64,000 bases of DNA from Isurus oxyrinchus. Taxonomy: Eukaryota. The DNA lies in contig JANJGN010000013.1 in the NCBI GenBank assembly GCA_026770705.1, positions 57,660,001-57,724,000 on the forward strand, in the 5' to 3' direction. Of the stretch, positions 1 through 13,325 are shown in pieces; within the stretch, counting starts at the first letter, position 1, and every line of letters begins with the position of its first letter. Made by a program: the position numbers and the translations under genes. The notes under the pieces were generated by a model, which made no database searches, was not told the DNA's origin, and saw only the letters and a program-made list of their open reading frames with translations.

Positions 1-41
1 AATTCCATAGTGTGACTGGTCAATAATTATTATTTCACCAG

Positions 42-383
42 GCACAAACGCGGATCCCGTCCTGACTCAACCGGGATCCATCTCAACCTCCCTGGGGAAA
101 ACCGTCAAGATCACCTGTACCATGTCCGGAGGCAGCATTGGCAGCTACTACACCAGCTGGTACTGGCAGAAACCCGGCAGTGCCCCTGTACTTGTCTGGA
201 ACGAGAACGATGGTACAGATTCGGGTATTCCAGATCGATTTACCGGGGCTGTGGAATCATCGACTAACACGATGCATTTAACCATCACCAACGTGAAATC
301 GGAGGACGCCGCCGATTATTACTGTGCTGTAGCTACGGATGGAATAGTGACCTTCGGGAGAGGAACCAAGCTGAACGTGGACA
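42..383 (+). CDS. Ig light chain type II (lambda) germline-joined VJ exon, cluster 1, intact
   Basis: Acceptor TTTCACCAG ends at 41. Frame reads (G)TNADPVLTQPGSISTSLGKTVKITC...WYWQKPG...GIPDRFTG...EDAADYYCAVATDGIVTFGRGTKLNVD, then phase-1 donor A|GTAAGT at 384. V and J (FGxG) are fused in frame with no RSS. The DPVLTQPGS and WYWQ signatures match shark type II L chains. The leader exon is outside the window. Confidence 0.97.
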
Positions 384-3157
384 GTAAGTAAATTATTTGC
401 TGCGGGCACTCTTTAAAAACACTAAAACTATCGGTTTGGTAGGTTGAATTAGAGCAAAGCAAGATTATAGTTCTTAAAATACATTTATACAGGGCTTAGT
501 GAGTGAGTGTCCTGTGACATACAAAAGATAGTCAGGCATAAATGTGGCCAATTTTAAGGAGAGTGTGCAGGCTTTAAAGAGGCAACAAGGCTAATCCTTT
601 CTCAGATGAAGCCATACTGCCAGGTTTTAAGTTGAGAGAGCGGGAGTGGAGTTCGGTCCACTGGAAGCTGCCCCGAATGGCCTGGCGGAAATTTGCAGGG
701 TCATGTTCCGTATTCTTATAACAAGATGGAAACAGATAATTTCATCTTCCCGTCAGTCGGTAGCCTGAGGGCATCAGTTGAATGTCAATGCTAGAAGGAT
801 AGGGTAGGATATATTCTTCAACGAAGGGACTGTTCGGACTGCTGAGTCCCAGCCTTAATGATGGGGCGAGAGGAACCATCATGGTGTTTAAATGGAAAGT
901 GGAGAAGCATTTAAAGAAGGAAAACCAAATGTTTGAGAAACAGACACTGTGCACGGGCCTTTCAAAAGGCGCGATTGGCCTCGTTCTGTGCTGTGTAATT
1001 CTAAGGCGCGATTCTTCTGTGCTCTATAATCCTAAAATTCCATGAATCCCACACGGTTTTTAGATTGGCAGCCCCGGCGCTGATTGCCTCGCTCAAAAGC
1101 CTAAAATGCACATTCAAAACTTTAATTCCACTCAGCTTTAATCCCCATTTTTGGATTGAGAAAGTTAGTGTGGCAAGTTGCTGCAACTGAATCTCGTCTT
1201 CAAACTCAGTGGAAAACGTTCAAAGCAAGATGCTCAATCCCCCATTTCACCATAATCCCCTTTGACTACAATAAGAAAACTGGTATCAGCTAGTGATAAT
1301 GATCAACACCCATCCAGTTTCCGCACAACTCAATAACAAACATCAGTATTCAACATGACATCTATTTCCGTAACACGTCAATGGATCATTATCTTCCACC
1401 CGATGAACTGTGTGTGCGTATCTCGGAGTAGTGTTCAGATTGTTGTACCTGCTTCTTTTATTCACTCAATTGCACTTTGCTGCTAATTCTGCGATTAGCC
1501 TGAGAGGAGGGATATTACTGAAAACTTGGGGACTGTATTGCCATTTTAACTTGGTTTTTCGGCGGCATCGAAATGAAATGGACTGAGATGAGATAGAAAA
1601 TAGAAAATGCTCTTTCATATTTTCAGTTAGTCCTCTAATAATAGAATTTTACTACAAATATTGGTGTAAAAACAGTCCGATTAAAAACACTCGTTTAGCC
1701 AATAATAGAAACTGATGGCAAAAGCTGCTCAATTAACCCACGAGATTTCAGATATTTCAGTATCATGGTGTTCAGCTAAACTCCGGGTAACGTAGGGAGA
1801 TCATAATACTCTGATGAAAGGGCTGTCAGAATACCCGGTGCGTCAGCCCCCAAATTACAATGTCAGAAAAGTAAAGCGACCTTGTGTGTTCCGACTCTCA
1901 GAACGGCAGGAGATCGTTAAGCCGGCACGGGCAGGTCTGGTACTGCTGAGACCGGTACAACTGACACCACATCTCAATGCCGCAACCAATTGTGGTGGTC
2001 CAGCCTTTAGTTCTAGAATTGAACAAAAGAGTAATGCTTCAGCCCTTTCTTCGTTGTTTTACATGAGATAAGAACTGTAGTGCATGGTACAGCGGCCAGT
2101 TAAAGAAGCAAGAAATTGTTATAGTTTGTCTTCCATCTTCTTTCACTGGGCGATCTTTTATTGTGACAATCATGGAATTATTTCTGTTTAACAATAAGAT
2201 AGAAAGAACTTGCATTGGAATAGCGCCTATCACGACCTCAGGACATATGAGAGCGCTTCACAGTTAAGTAGGTATATCTTGTTTTCAGGACAATCACATG
2301 ATCATTAGAAATATTGCAGCTAACTTGGTTGAGCGATAAATATTGGCCAAGTCACGTTTAGTCTTATTACTTTTATATATTGAGGTTGTTGGGTTATTAG
2401 TATATAATATAGGTATAATTGGCTGCATAGCAAACGTTGTTTGATGGAAAAAGTTTTATGTTTAATGAAAATGTATCATTGTGACACCAAAGAGAGTATT
2501 TTGAATGTGATAGAATAGTTATCTTAAGTGTTACACATTAAATTATAGTCGGGAGGGGTGGGGCTTGTAGGGATTTTGTGCGGGGTGGGGAGTGCGTGAG
2601 TGAGGACTGGTGAGAAACATTCTGCAAGCCAGTGGGGAGCAAAGTGGCTTCGCCACTTATTGTGCCGAAATCCAACTATTAGCCCAGTATTTACTACTAA
2701 CGTGAAAAGAAATGCAAACTGGAAATTGCTTAACACTTCGTTAATATATTTTTTTAACAGGAAGTTGTTTGGACTCGAGTGTTCTGAGGTAGATCTTGCA
2801 GAATCTTTGCTCTCAATTTTGTTCCAAGATTTATTCCGAATACCGATTAATTGCTTTTTCAATCCTTACATTATTTTCTGTCCTCGTTGTTTCGCTTTGA
2901 TTCATTTTCCTCTTAAGAATTTGCATGTGTTCCTTGTCGTGCAGAAAAAGTAGGAATATCTTCACAGGTAATATATATTGTCCAGGACCGCCGGCCCCAG
3001 GAGTTGTGCAGTTAACACCAATGAGGTTCCGTTGTGCTAAATTCCTCATAGCTTTGTAGAGTAACGTGTAATTTCCAAAGATTGCACAATGTAAGACATT
3101 GATTCCGACTTTTATGTCAATGAAGAGTGAATCTTCTTTGTCTTATCCACTTTCCAG

Positions 3158-3480
3158 ATCCACGGGTCCCCTCTGTCTCCCTCCTTCCGCCTTCATCGGA
3201 TCAAATCACAGCGAAGAACAAGGCGACCCTGGTGTGTTTGGTGAGCGGTTTTAACCCTGGAGCTGTGGAGATTGAATGGACTGTAGATGGCAGTGTCAGG
3301 GGCAATGGGGTTGAGACCAGTCGGATCCAGCAGGAGAGGGACAACACGTTCAGTGTGAGCAGTTATCTGACTCTGTCAGCCTCAGACTGGAACTCACACG
3401 AGCTTTACTCCTGTCTGGTTAAACACGAAACTCAGGCAAACCCGTTCCGATCAAGCATCTCAAGATCCAGCTGTGTGTGA
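3158..3480 (+). CDS. Ig light chain constant exon, cluster 1, intact
   Basis: Acceptor TTTCCAG ends at 3157, phase-compatible with the VJ donor. Reads PRVPSVSLLPPSSDQ...ATLVCLVSGF...IEW...SSYLTLSASDWNSHELYSCLVKH...SSCV*, with both intradomain Cys and the penultimate interchain Cys. Confidence 0.97.
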
Positions 3481-3664
3481 TTCAAACATGTTTTGAGCTG
3501 ATTTGTTATGCCAGTAGTGTAGTTTTAACAAGTGCTGTAAAGTGGAACATTTTAAATCAAAACAAGTTACAGTTTGTTGGCTCGGTCTCGCTGTCTGTAT
3601 TTTACAATGTGTCCGCTCTGAACTGATCAAAGTTTCAGTGTAATGTTGCAAATACTCGCAGTTT

Positions 3665-3670
3665 AATAAA
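3665..3670 (+). terminator. polyadenylation signal of cluster 1
   Basis: AATAAA 185 nt after the stop; positionally conserved in the paralog (40035-40040). Confidence 0.8.
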
Positions 3671-4159
3671 GTGACTTCCGTTATCTTAGGCGTTATTGTT
3701 ATTTTCTGTCTGCTCCCTCTGCAACAATTCATAGCAATTTTCTAATCGTGGCAAATCGTGAAGTTTTATTTTTTGCTGCATTCTGCGCATTTATGTAAAG
3801 GCAGTGACATCAGTGGGAATAATGAAATGATGTACCAGTACACATGAAGGAGATCTTGAAACATATTTTTAAAGATAGACCATGAGGGGATAGAGCTGGT
3901 CGCTATGTCCGTGCTTATGACAAGAAGTCACAGCACTTAGCGCTTCTAAATCACTAGTTTACAGAATTTCAGAGTAAATTTCGTGACCGCCTATCTTTTG
4001 GATGCCGGGGCCAAACGCCGTGCATTTGTTTTTTCAAAACTGTCAGATAACTTTAATTGTTTAGCAAAGCATATTTTGGCGCAGTTTCGATTAGTCTCAA
4101 TCAGATAGCCGCAACTTTAGATTGGGTGAAGCCTTTGACCGAAAACTGCCCAGATCACA

Positions 4160-4402
4160 TAAAATCAAAATACTGCGGAGGCTGGAGATCTGAAATAAAA
4201 TCAGAAAGTACTGGAAAAGCTCAGCAGCTCCGGTATCAGATGTGGAGAAAAAAACAGAGTTAACCTTTCGAGTCCAATATGACTCTCCTTCCAACATGAC
4301 CCTGGGAAATAGAGTCATACAGACATGAAACGTTAACTCTGTTTCTCTCTCCACAGATGCTGCCGGAACTGAGTTTTACCATTATTTTCTGTTTATATTT
4401 CA
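4160..4402. mobile_element. old Penelope-like terminal fragments arranged as an inverted pair
   Basis: aatactgcggaggctggagatctgaaat...gttaacctttcgagtc is followed by the inverted gaaacgttaactctg...cagatgctgcc...ctgagtttt, a diverged version of the termini at 28865-28976. Confidence 0.7.
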
Positions 4403-5584
4403 GCTGAGACAAGATTCACGCTTTTAAAATTCAGCGTCACGCTAATCGTAAACTCGGTAAAGTTTCCCTTCAGTAAATTGTCTTCCTTATTCCGACTGAT
4501 TTAGGACTACAATAAATAAATAAGGCCATAAAGAATGCAAACTGTAAGTAACTTAATACCGGCCTAAAATTATTGAATAAACTGACAGGGGCAAAGGGGG
4601 CCATCTTAGAAGTGAGATGTGGTTTCCTGACAGCAACCATTTCATGCGTTGTTACGCTGACAATGAATTAGGCAAGCTGCCAAGAAATAGTTTTATTGCA
4701 GTGAACCTCAACTGTTTTTAATTGAAGACTTTAAACGAATCAATAGCTATTTTAAAAGATTTAACTAAATTAGAACTCCTCAAAAATTATTCTTTTAAAC
4801 ATATATGACACAGCAAATTTGAAAAAGTACAACCTTCTGTTCAGTTCAACATAATTACTGGATCTACTTTGTAACAATGCAATGTATAACTATGTAGTGA
4901 AACGTGTGTCTGTAACATCAGGTTGCAAGCTGTATGTCTTGGTTATGACTCAGATTTCAAGTCAAAGGTTTGACCCTTGATAATTAAAAGCACTGACATT
5001 ATTTCACCTTTTATAAGTATATATATCCCAAGCTGTATTATGTTACATGTTTAAGTCATTACATTTAAATAAGATCAATTCTTTCGAACCCATTTATGGT
5101 TATTTATTCAAAAGAATGACCCTAGAATTTAATAACAATCAGGACAAGCCTGCACCATTGGAATGTTCGTGGCTGTGGTAACAATAGATAAAGACCAGAC
5201 AGCTTACATGAATAGTTGGATACCAGCCCAGAAACAGGCAGTTAAGTAAGATGGTCCTCAATTATAATATAAGTAAAAATATATTAATTAATCCATAGTT
5301 TTGTCATAGGATTGGCTTTTAAACTCATGCAAATTAATACTAAAGTTCCCAAAGGAATTTTGCATTAAAGATTAGCATAAAGCCTTCTTACATACTTTAA
5401 GTAAAAATACAGACACAAAATGGCTATAAAGAGTGCATTTAAATCTGATTTGAACAAAAGCTCATGCAAATTATGGAAAGACGTGTGTCCAAAATCAGAT
5501 TGAAAAAAATTGCTCCATTATCAATATTAATTATGCACAAAGGCCAAGACCAATTAAGCTAAATTAAAGAATACGTCAGCTAAT

Positions 5585-8500
5585 TTTTTTTCATAAAATG
5601 TGCTTTATTCATAAAAATATCTGAAGAAAATTACAAAGCATTTCAAACTGGTCATCACAAAAAGTGCGATCATATTCAACTTTTCCACATGGATCATGAG
5701 GTGCTTCAAAACAATCAACGAATGTTACAAGCATTTCAAAATGATCATTCCAGACAATCAGACAATGCAATGGTGTTCAAGTTATCAACATCGATCATGT
5801 TGCACTTTGAGGAACTTCAATACAATTATGATCCATTTATTATTCAGTGCAACATTCATTGTGGGTCATGCAGCCTGAGGGGTCGATACAATTCCCAGTC
5901 CATCGGTGCACTATGGCAGTCAGGTCTTAGACAGTGACCTTTCGCCATTGCACCTTTGTGGCTGCTGCCCCAAGCTTTAGTGCGTCACTCAGCAGGTAGT
6001 CCTGGACCTTGGAATGTGCCAGTCTGCAACACTCAGCTGCGGGCAGTTCCATGCACTGGAAGACCAACAAGTTGCGGACAGAACAAAGACCATCTTTCAT
6101 GAGTTGATTATCCTCCAGCTGCAGTTGGTGTTTGTCTCGGGGTGTGACCCTGAGAACAATCTGTACAGCATAGAGTCCTGTGTCACAGCACTGCTCAGGA
6201 TGAACCTTGACAAAAACCGCTGCATCTCTCTCCAGACCTTCTTTGCAAAGGTACATTCCACAAGGAGATGAACAACGGTCTCTTCCCCAACACAGCCACT
6301 TCGAGGGCAACATGGGGAGGGGGTGAGACTCCTGGCATGTAGAAAGGGTCTGACAGGGAGGGCCTTTCTCACCACCAACCAAGCTACATCTTCGTGCTTA
6401 TTGGAAAGTTCTGGTGATGAGGCATTCTGCCATATGGCTTTGTCCAGTCTGCCTGGGTACCGTACAACAGGATCCACCATCTCCTTTTCCCTCAGGGTCT
6501 CTAGGACGTTATATGCCCATCACCGTCTGATGGACTTGTGGTCAAAAGTGTTTCTCTGCATAAATTTTTCCAAGGGGGTACAGAAGGTACAGCAAAGTCC
6601 AAATGCTTGGAGCGTTCTGTGGCAGCGTGGTCAGACCCATCCTTCACAATACCAGGGTCAGGTAGAATCTCAGCATGCAGTGACATTTGGTGTTTGCATA
6701 CCGAGGGCCTACGCATAGCTTGATGCAGCCACACACAATATGGCCATCAGGATGAAGGCAATGTTGGGAATATTTTTCCCCTTCAGTTAGAGGTTTATAC
6801 ATTGTGTCCCTGCAAATATGATCGATTTGCAGCCTCCAGATAAAGCGAAAGATGACTTAGGTGATCGCCACTGCGCAGGAGTGAGAAATGGGCCAGACCT
6901 GCGCCTCATACAGTTACAGCAAGAGTACCTCACACCTGATGACCAGGTTCTTACTTGCAATGGACAGGGAGCATTGCTGCTACATGCCCAGTTTTAATTT
7001 CATCATAGTCACTCGGTCCTTCCAATTTCTAACACATACCCTGGTCCCTCCAAACCATATCCCCAGCACTGCTAGGCCATCTGACCTGATGTTGAAGTAG
7101 TCAAAGGATTGGTCAGCCCAGCTCCCAAAGGACATGGCTTCACTCTTGCCACAATTTACCTTGACTCCTCAGGCCAGTTCAAAATGGTTGCAGATGTTGA
7201 TCAGCCTGCACGCTGACATGAGATCCGAGAAGAAGCTGGCAACATCGGCCATGTACAGGGAGGCTTTGACCTGAGTGTCTGCACTGCCTGGGATCATCAC
7301 TCCTCTTATGCCCGGATCCTTCCTGATGGACTCAGCAAAGGGTTCTATGCAACACACAAACAGGACATGGGAGAGAGTGTAGACCTGCCTGACACCAGAT
7401 TTAATTGGCAAGAATTCTGTTTCCCACCCATTGATTGAGACTGCGCTACATATGTTTGTGAAGAGCAGTTGGATCCAGTTAGAGGTTTGGGAGAGCACAT
7501 CCACCATGTAGGTGTGCAATACTCTGTTAAAGGCCTTTTTCTGGTCCAGGCTGATGAGGAAGGTGTCCACTCTCCTGCTCCATACATAGGCAGTCATATT
7601 CCTGAGTAGCACAAAGCTGTCCTGCTGGGTACAGTGCAGGTCTGGTCAAGGTGGATCACCAACTCCAGAGTGGACTTGACCCGATCTGCGATGATGTTGG
7701 ACAAAATCTTATGGCTGACATTCAACAGTGAGATGGGTCGCCAATTTCTAATTTCCCCCCTTTCCCCCTTGTGCTTGTAGATGAGGGTGATGATGCATTT
7801 AGTCATGGATTCTGACATGCAGCCAGGCAGGATCATACTCTTGTACACTTCTAGCAGGCCTGGGCCGATGTAGACCCACAGAGCTGAATACAACTCAGCC
7901 GGCAAGCCATCGCTTCTGGGAGTTTTACTCTTCTTGAAGGACTCAAGGGCCTTAGTCAGTTTGTCAGGAGTTAGCAGTTTGTCCAGCCTCTCTCGAGTAC
8001 TGTCATCTAAGACCTCCATGTTAGAGGGCAGGAAGGCCTGGGAGGCCGTGCTGTATGTGGGCTTCACGCCATACAATCCGACATAATAGGATTTGCTGAC
8101 GCTCAAAATGTCAGACTGCAATGACTTTACTGAGCCATCTTCTTCCTTCAGGCTGCTGATCACAGGGCTCTCTCTGTGTACCTGTTGGAAGAAGAAACAT
8201 GAACACGTCTCATCCTGCTCCACACACAGGGCTCTGGACCGCAAGATGAACCTGGAGGTCTCCGAGGCAAAGAGCGAGTCTTGCTGGCTCTTCACAGCTT
8301 GGAGTTGCTCCTTGACATCGACCCCCATTGACTGCAGTCAGAACAGGTTCTGCATGCTTTTCTGGAGTCGGGACATTTCCCTCTAGCTTTATGGACACCT
8401 TTGAGGGTAAAAAAACATCTTGATGTTCTCCTTAATCGCTTCCCACCATGTGCCACAAACTCAAGGAGGGTTTTCACAGATTGCCAACCCTTGTAATACC

Positions 8501-9180
8501 TTTTGAGTTCCCCAATGTTCTCTGGGGTCAGCAGTTGCACTTTCAGCTTCCATGAGCCCCTGCCAACCCTCTGGCCTTCCTGTAAGTGACAGTCAGTCAG
8601 TAGGAGACAGTGGTCAGAGAAGAACACCGGCTTGACGTCGGTGGATCTGACGGTGAATGCAGAGGACACAGAGGGGAAGTCTTTCCTGGAACGGCTGGAC
8701 CCGTCTGGCCATGACCAGGTGTATCTCCGCTGCGCTCCGTCTGCAGGGTTGCTGAAAGTGACGTGCAGCTTGGCATCCTTTACTGTTTCCATCAGGAGTC
8801 TGGACGTGGCATCCGGTCTGCTTTCGGCCCTGCTGGATCGTCCAGCTGCGTGGATGATACAGTTGAAGTCATCGCCCAGAATGACCAGCCTGGAAGACGC
8901 CAGCAGCGTTAACGTACCGTCAGCCACTCGCTGTTTTGAGCTGGGGCATACACATTAATTAACTGGAGCGGAGCATTCTTGTATAATACGTCTGCCACGA
9001 GGAGGCGTCCGCCCACCACCTCGTCAGCCTCGGAGACGGTGAAGTTGTCTCCCCGCAGCAGACTACCCAGGCCGGTGGAACGTGGGTCGTTTCCTCCCGA
9101 CCAGATCGATGGCCTATGGGGCTACCATCGTGACTACTTCATTTAGGGATTGAGGTGCAGTATCGCACAGTCCTGCAGAA
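5585..9180 (-). mobile_element. Tx1-like (L1 clade) non-LTR retrotransposon, ORF2 with frameshifts, 5' truncated
   Basis: Minus-strand ORF pieces: AP endonuclease (ILGDDFNC, YTW, SDH), RT (KTPRSDGLPAELY, WRPISLLN, LISLDQKKAF, SGVRQ, LYMADV), and C-terminal CPRSGC..EETVVHLLVEC zinc knuckle. Poly(A) signal and tail are seen as T-run/TTTATT at ~5585-5610. Confidence 0.9.
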
Positions 9181-9182
9181 TA

Positions 9183-9695
9183 TGTCAGCGAATGAAATGT
9201 TGACAACACCTCTTTACCACGTGGAGGGTTTTGCATCTTCTCCGGTGGTTACAAAAGCCCATCTCGAGAGACACCTTTTGCTAGCCGTAGCCTGACAAGG
9301 ATACTTGTTCGAAAGTCTTCAAGGGCTATTGGAAGTGATTCGTAGACTTATGTTTCTTCCCGGGCTATGTGTTTACAAATTAGACCAGGCTAGAGAGAAG
9401 ACAGAGAATGATTTCGATTACAGACTCATGTTCTGTCTATTAAAACTGAGAGGATTTATTTGTATGGACGTATGATTCTTATACATTTGGACTTAACTAA
9501 TTCTGCATTATAACCTTGTACTAATTCATATTTCGCTTCGAATAAAACGTCTTTTTATTTACTATCCGAAGAGTCTGGCCTTATTTTGTAGGTCCACCTC
9601 TCGTTCGAACCTGAGAGTGAAAAATAATTTTTGGTGAATTGGGATGATTTCAAATGGGCATCCATCCAAACATTCTTGCACATTGGCGGCCACGA
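9183..9695 (+). mobile_element. probable LTR (TGT...ACA, 9183-9682) with primer-binding site
   Basis: Starts with TGT exactly where LINE endonuclease homology stops. Has TATTAAAA at ~9438 and AATAAA at 9541, ends ACA, and is followed after 1 nt by TGGCGGCCACGA (PBS-like). Confidence 0.55.
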
Positions 9696-10339
9696 TATCA
9701 GGGGCGGGATAAAAGAATTGATATCCAGATAACTGAATTTAAAGTCTGTAAAAAGAGAATGGGTGTTTTAAGCCGTTGGTGCAACTGCTTTGACCTTGAA
9801 AGAGACAGAGAGAATGGAACCAGAGATCTACTCTTGGTGCATTAGTAACTGAATTTAGCAAATAGAATAGTTCAGCAAGTAGAAATACTGCTGCTGCGTC
9901 GACTGATGTGTCAGCGCCGCAGATAAACCAAATTGCAGTGCCTCGAGTCTCCCCCCACCATCACCACCGCCACACGACAGAAAACTAAGTTGTTAACTCT
10001 TTGCTGCCTGGTTTTAAGTATGTTGCTACTCATTGCTGTCTGGTTTTAAGTATGTTGTTACTTTTAATGTGGGTATACCTTGTACTTGAATTGACTTAAG
10101 CGCAGTAAAAGGTTTTGAGAGAGAGAGGTTAGACATCATTACTGACACACACTGTCCTGTAGTAGAACTGCTTGGTTACTAAAACAGCGCCACACCACGT
10201 TGGCGTGCAAAGGTTCTGGTAGAACAAACAGGGACAACGTGGACAGCTAAACCAAGCTAAAAACAAGCTTATGTATCACGATCAGAAAATCCAGGCAACC
10301 GAAATTTGTTAGAATAAAATCCATTTCAATCCAGTATCA

Positions 10340-11757
10340 TGTGAAGTTGGACGCCATGTCTAGTCCAGCAGAGGTGGCTGTAAGGGATATTGGGTGCATT
10401 GGTTGTGGTCTTCCAAAATTACATAAATTCTGGAATGGTGCCTGCAGATTGGAAAGTAGCAAATGTATCCCCACTTTTTTAAGAAAGGAGAATGTTAGAA
10501 TCCATTACATCGAATGTGATAATTGGGCACTTTGAAAATGGTGGTAGGATTGAGCAGAGTCAAAAATCAAGCTTGATAAACCTGTTGGAGTTTTTTGAGG
10601 ACACGACTAGCAGAATAGATAAGGGAGAGTGGTGGATGTAGTACATTTTGATTTTCTGAAGACTTTTGATGAGGTCCTACACAGGAGGTTAGTAAGCAAA
10701 AATAGAGGACATGGGGCATTGGGCATGATGTACTGGCATCGATTGAGGATTGGTTAACAGACAAAAAACAGAGTGGGAATAAACGGCTCATTCTCAAGTT
10801 CGCAGGCTGTGACTAGTGGGGTACCTCAAGGATCGGCGCTTGGTGCCCAGATATTCACAATCCATATCAATGAGTTGGATGTGGGACCAAATGTAATATT
10901 TCCAAGTTTGCTGTAGGTAAGAATGAGTTGTGAGGAGGATGCAAAGAGGCTTCAAAGCAGGTTAAGTGACAGGGCAAGAACATGGTGGATGGAATGTAAT
11001 TTGGAACAGAAGTGAAGTTATCTATTTTGGTGGTAGAAATAGAAATGCAGATTACTTGTAAATGGCGAGAGATTGGGTTGTGTTTGTATCCAAAGGGATT
11101 TAGGTATCCTTGCTCATAAGTCACTGGGAGTTAACATGCAGGTGCAGCAAGCCATTGAGAGGCAAGTGGTATGCCGGCCCTTATTGCAAGAGAATTTGAG
11201 TACAGGAATAAAGAATTTGCAGAATTGCATGGTGCCTTGATGAGACTACATCTGGACTACTGTGCACAGTTTTGATCTCGTTACCCAAGGAAGGATATAT
11301 TTGCCATCGAGAGAATGCAACCAATAATTCATCAGACAGATTCCTGTGGTGGCGACATTGTCCTATGAGGAATGATTGAGGGGTCTGGTCCTGTATTCTC
11401 TACAATTTGGAAGAATGAGAGGTGACCTCATTGAAGCATAAAAAATTGTTGCAGGGCTGGACGGCCAATATGCAGGAAGAATGTTTGCCCTTGCTTGGGG
11501 ATGGAGAGGGGGAGGGGTGGTGTTCTGGAACCAGGGGACACAGTTTCAAAATAAGGGGCAGGCCAATTAGCTGTGGTGGAGGAAAATTCAACTGAAGCGT
11601 CCAAATGGAAATTAGACTGTTATTTGAAGAGGATAAAAGTGCTGGGGTTTTGGGAGTAGGCAGTAAAAGGGCACTAAGATACATTCGGAGAGCTGGTGCA
11701 GGTGTGATGGGCTGAATGGCCTCCTTGTGCACTGTAAAAATTCTGTGATTCTGTGAC
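10340..11757 (+). mobile_element. CR1-type LINE RT/3' fragment, degenerate
   Basis: Remnant W..ANV.P.F.KG and SGVPQGS.LG motifs, R.RGDLIE.YK C-terminus, and (ATTCTGTG)n tail at ~11740. Confidence 0.85.
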
Positions 11758-12854
11758 AGAGGGATCATCACCTTACCACCCCCACTGCAACCACCCCCAC
11801 CCCCACCCCCCAACCAGCAAGCAAGAAGGAAGGCACCCTGCCTAATCAGACAGTCAGCTCAGCAATGAGGAGAGGGGCAATTGTTTTTCACCTGCAATAT
11901 TATACTTCTTCTCTAAGGGAGATAAAGCACAATTTCATATGAAAACCAAGAAACTCCCAACTTTCGGTTATTCTCAAAGAACCAGGAGGGGGAAAGCCTT
12001 CAGGCATGCAACGTTTTGATCTTAAAGGACTGATTAAGGTCACACTGCGTGCTAGTCTGTTAACAATCTAAGTGCATGTGCCTTCTCTAGATTTCATCTT
12101 TTCTTGTGTGTATGTGTCTGTGTGTTTGAGGGGGCGATTGTTTCGTTGCGTTCGCATTTCGGGTGTTTTTCAAATAAATGCTTATTCATCTTTTTGATTT
12201 AAACTTATCAGAAAGCCTGCTTGTGTCTATCGGTTAAAGTCGCAGCACACAAATGTTTAAAATACTCCTTCTGGAATTGTGTTTCGTTGCAAACATTCGA
12301 GAGTTGAGGAAAAAAGGGGAAAGTAGTCGAGAGAAGAATGACCGACTGCCGCCCGGTACCAAGTTAAGATTTGCTACCTCCTCCATTGCTGCGTCATCCA
12401 GTAAGGAAGAGGATGTTGTCAATGTCATAATAAAGGAGCAGGTACGGGAGAAATTGAAAAGGTTAAGATAAAGAGGGTGCATATAAAGGTTGGCAGTGCT
12501 CAAATTGCAAATGTTACCCGGTCCAGTGGGTTGACTCCAAGGTAGATGAAAGAGGAAGAGTGGAAACGTTTAAGGTACTAGCCACAGTTTTCCAGCCCTT
12601 CCTTAGATATGGAGGTGTTCCTAGAGGACTAGAAGTGCAAATGTTGCATCCCTGCTCACAAAAGAGAAGAGGATTAAATCTGACACTAACAGGCCAGATG
12701 GACAATTAACAGTGGCTGGAAAACTTTGAGAGAAAACAAACTGCGCTAAAATTCAAAAGGTTGATAAATGAAATCCAGCCAGCGGGCTTGTTTAAAGGAT
12801 GTGTGATTGACTAACGTGATTGTGTTTTCTTTACTGAAAAATTGGAGGCAGTTC

Positions 12855-13325
12855 TTTTTTATTCATTCATGAGATGTGGGATTCACTGGCTGAGCCAGCG
12901 TTTATTGCTCATCCGTGGTTGCCCCTGAGAAGGTGGTGGTGAGCTGCCTTCTTGAACAGTTGCATCCATGTGGTGTAGGTACACACACACAAGTGTTAAG
13001 AAGGGAATTCCGGGGTTTTGACACAGCAACAGTGAAGGAATGGCAATATATTTCCAAGTCAAGATGGTGTGTGACTTGGAGGGGAACTTCTAGATATTGG
13101 TGTTCCCTTCCATCTGCTGCGCTTGTCTTTCTAGATGGTAGTGGTCATGGGTTTGGAAGGTGCTGTTGAAGGAACCTTGGTGAATTCCTGTGGTGCATCT
13201 TGTAGATGCTGCTACTGTGCGTCGGTGGTGGAGAGAGTGAATGTTTGTGGATGTGGTGCCAGTCAAGCGGACGGTCCTGGACGGCGTCAAACTTCTTGAG
13301 TGTTGTGGCAGCTGCACACATTCAG
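12855..13325 (-). mobile_element. 3' end of a second CR1-like LINE family
   Basis: Reverse complement of the 3' end at 62450-62920. Other copies lie at ~33175-34210, 38785-39095, 47845-48065 and 54105-54955. Confidence 0.8.

Noticed and set aside
945-951. CACTGTG heptamer in the cluster 1 intron
   Set aside because: No credible nonamer at 12 or 23 nt, and it lies in decayed repeat-like sequence.
1811-1835. CTGATGAAAGGG as a hammerhead core in the J-C intron
   Set aside because: No stem II/GAAA or stem I partner follows.
3127-3157. N-terminal extension of the C-exon ORF (and internal ATG at 122)
   Set aside because: Intronic polypyrimidine tract or internal Met; true boundaries are set by the splice sites.
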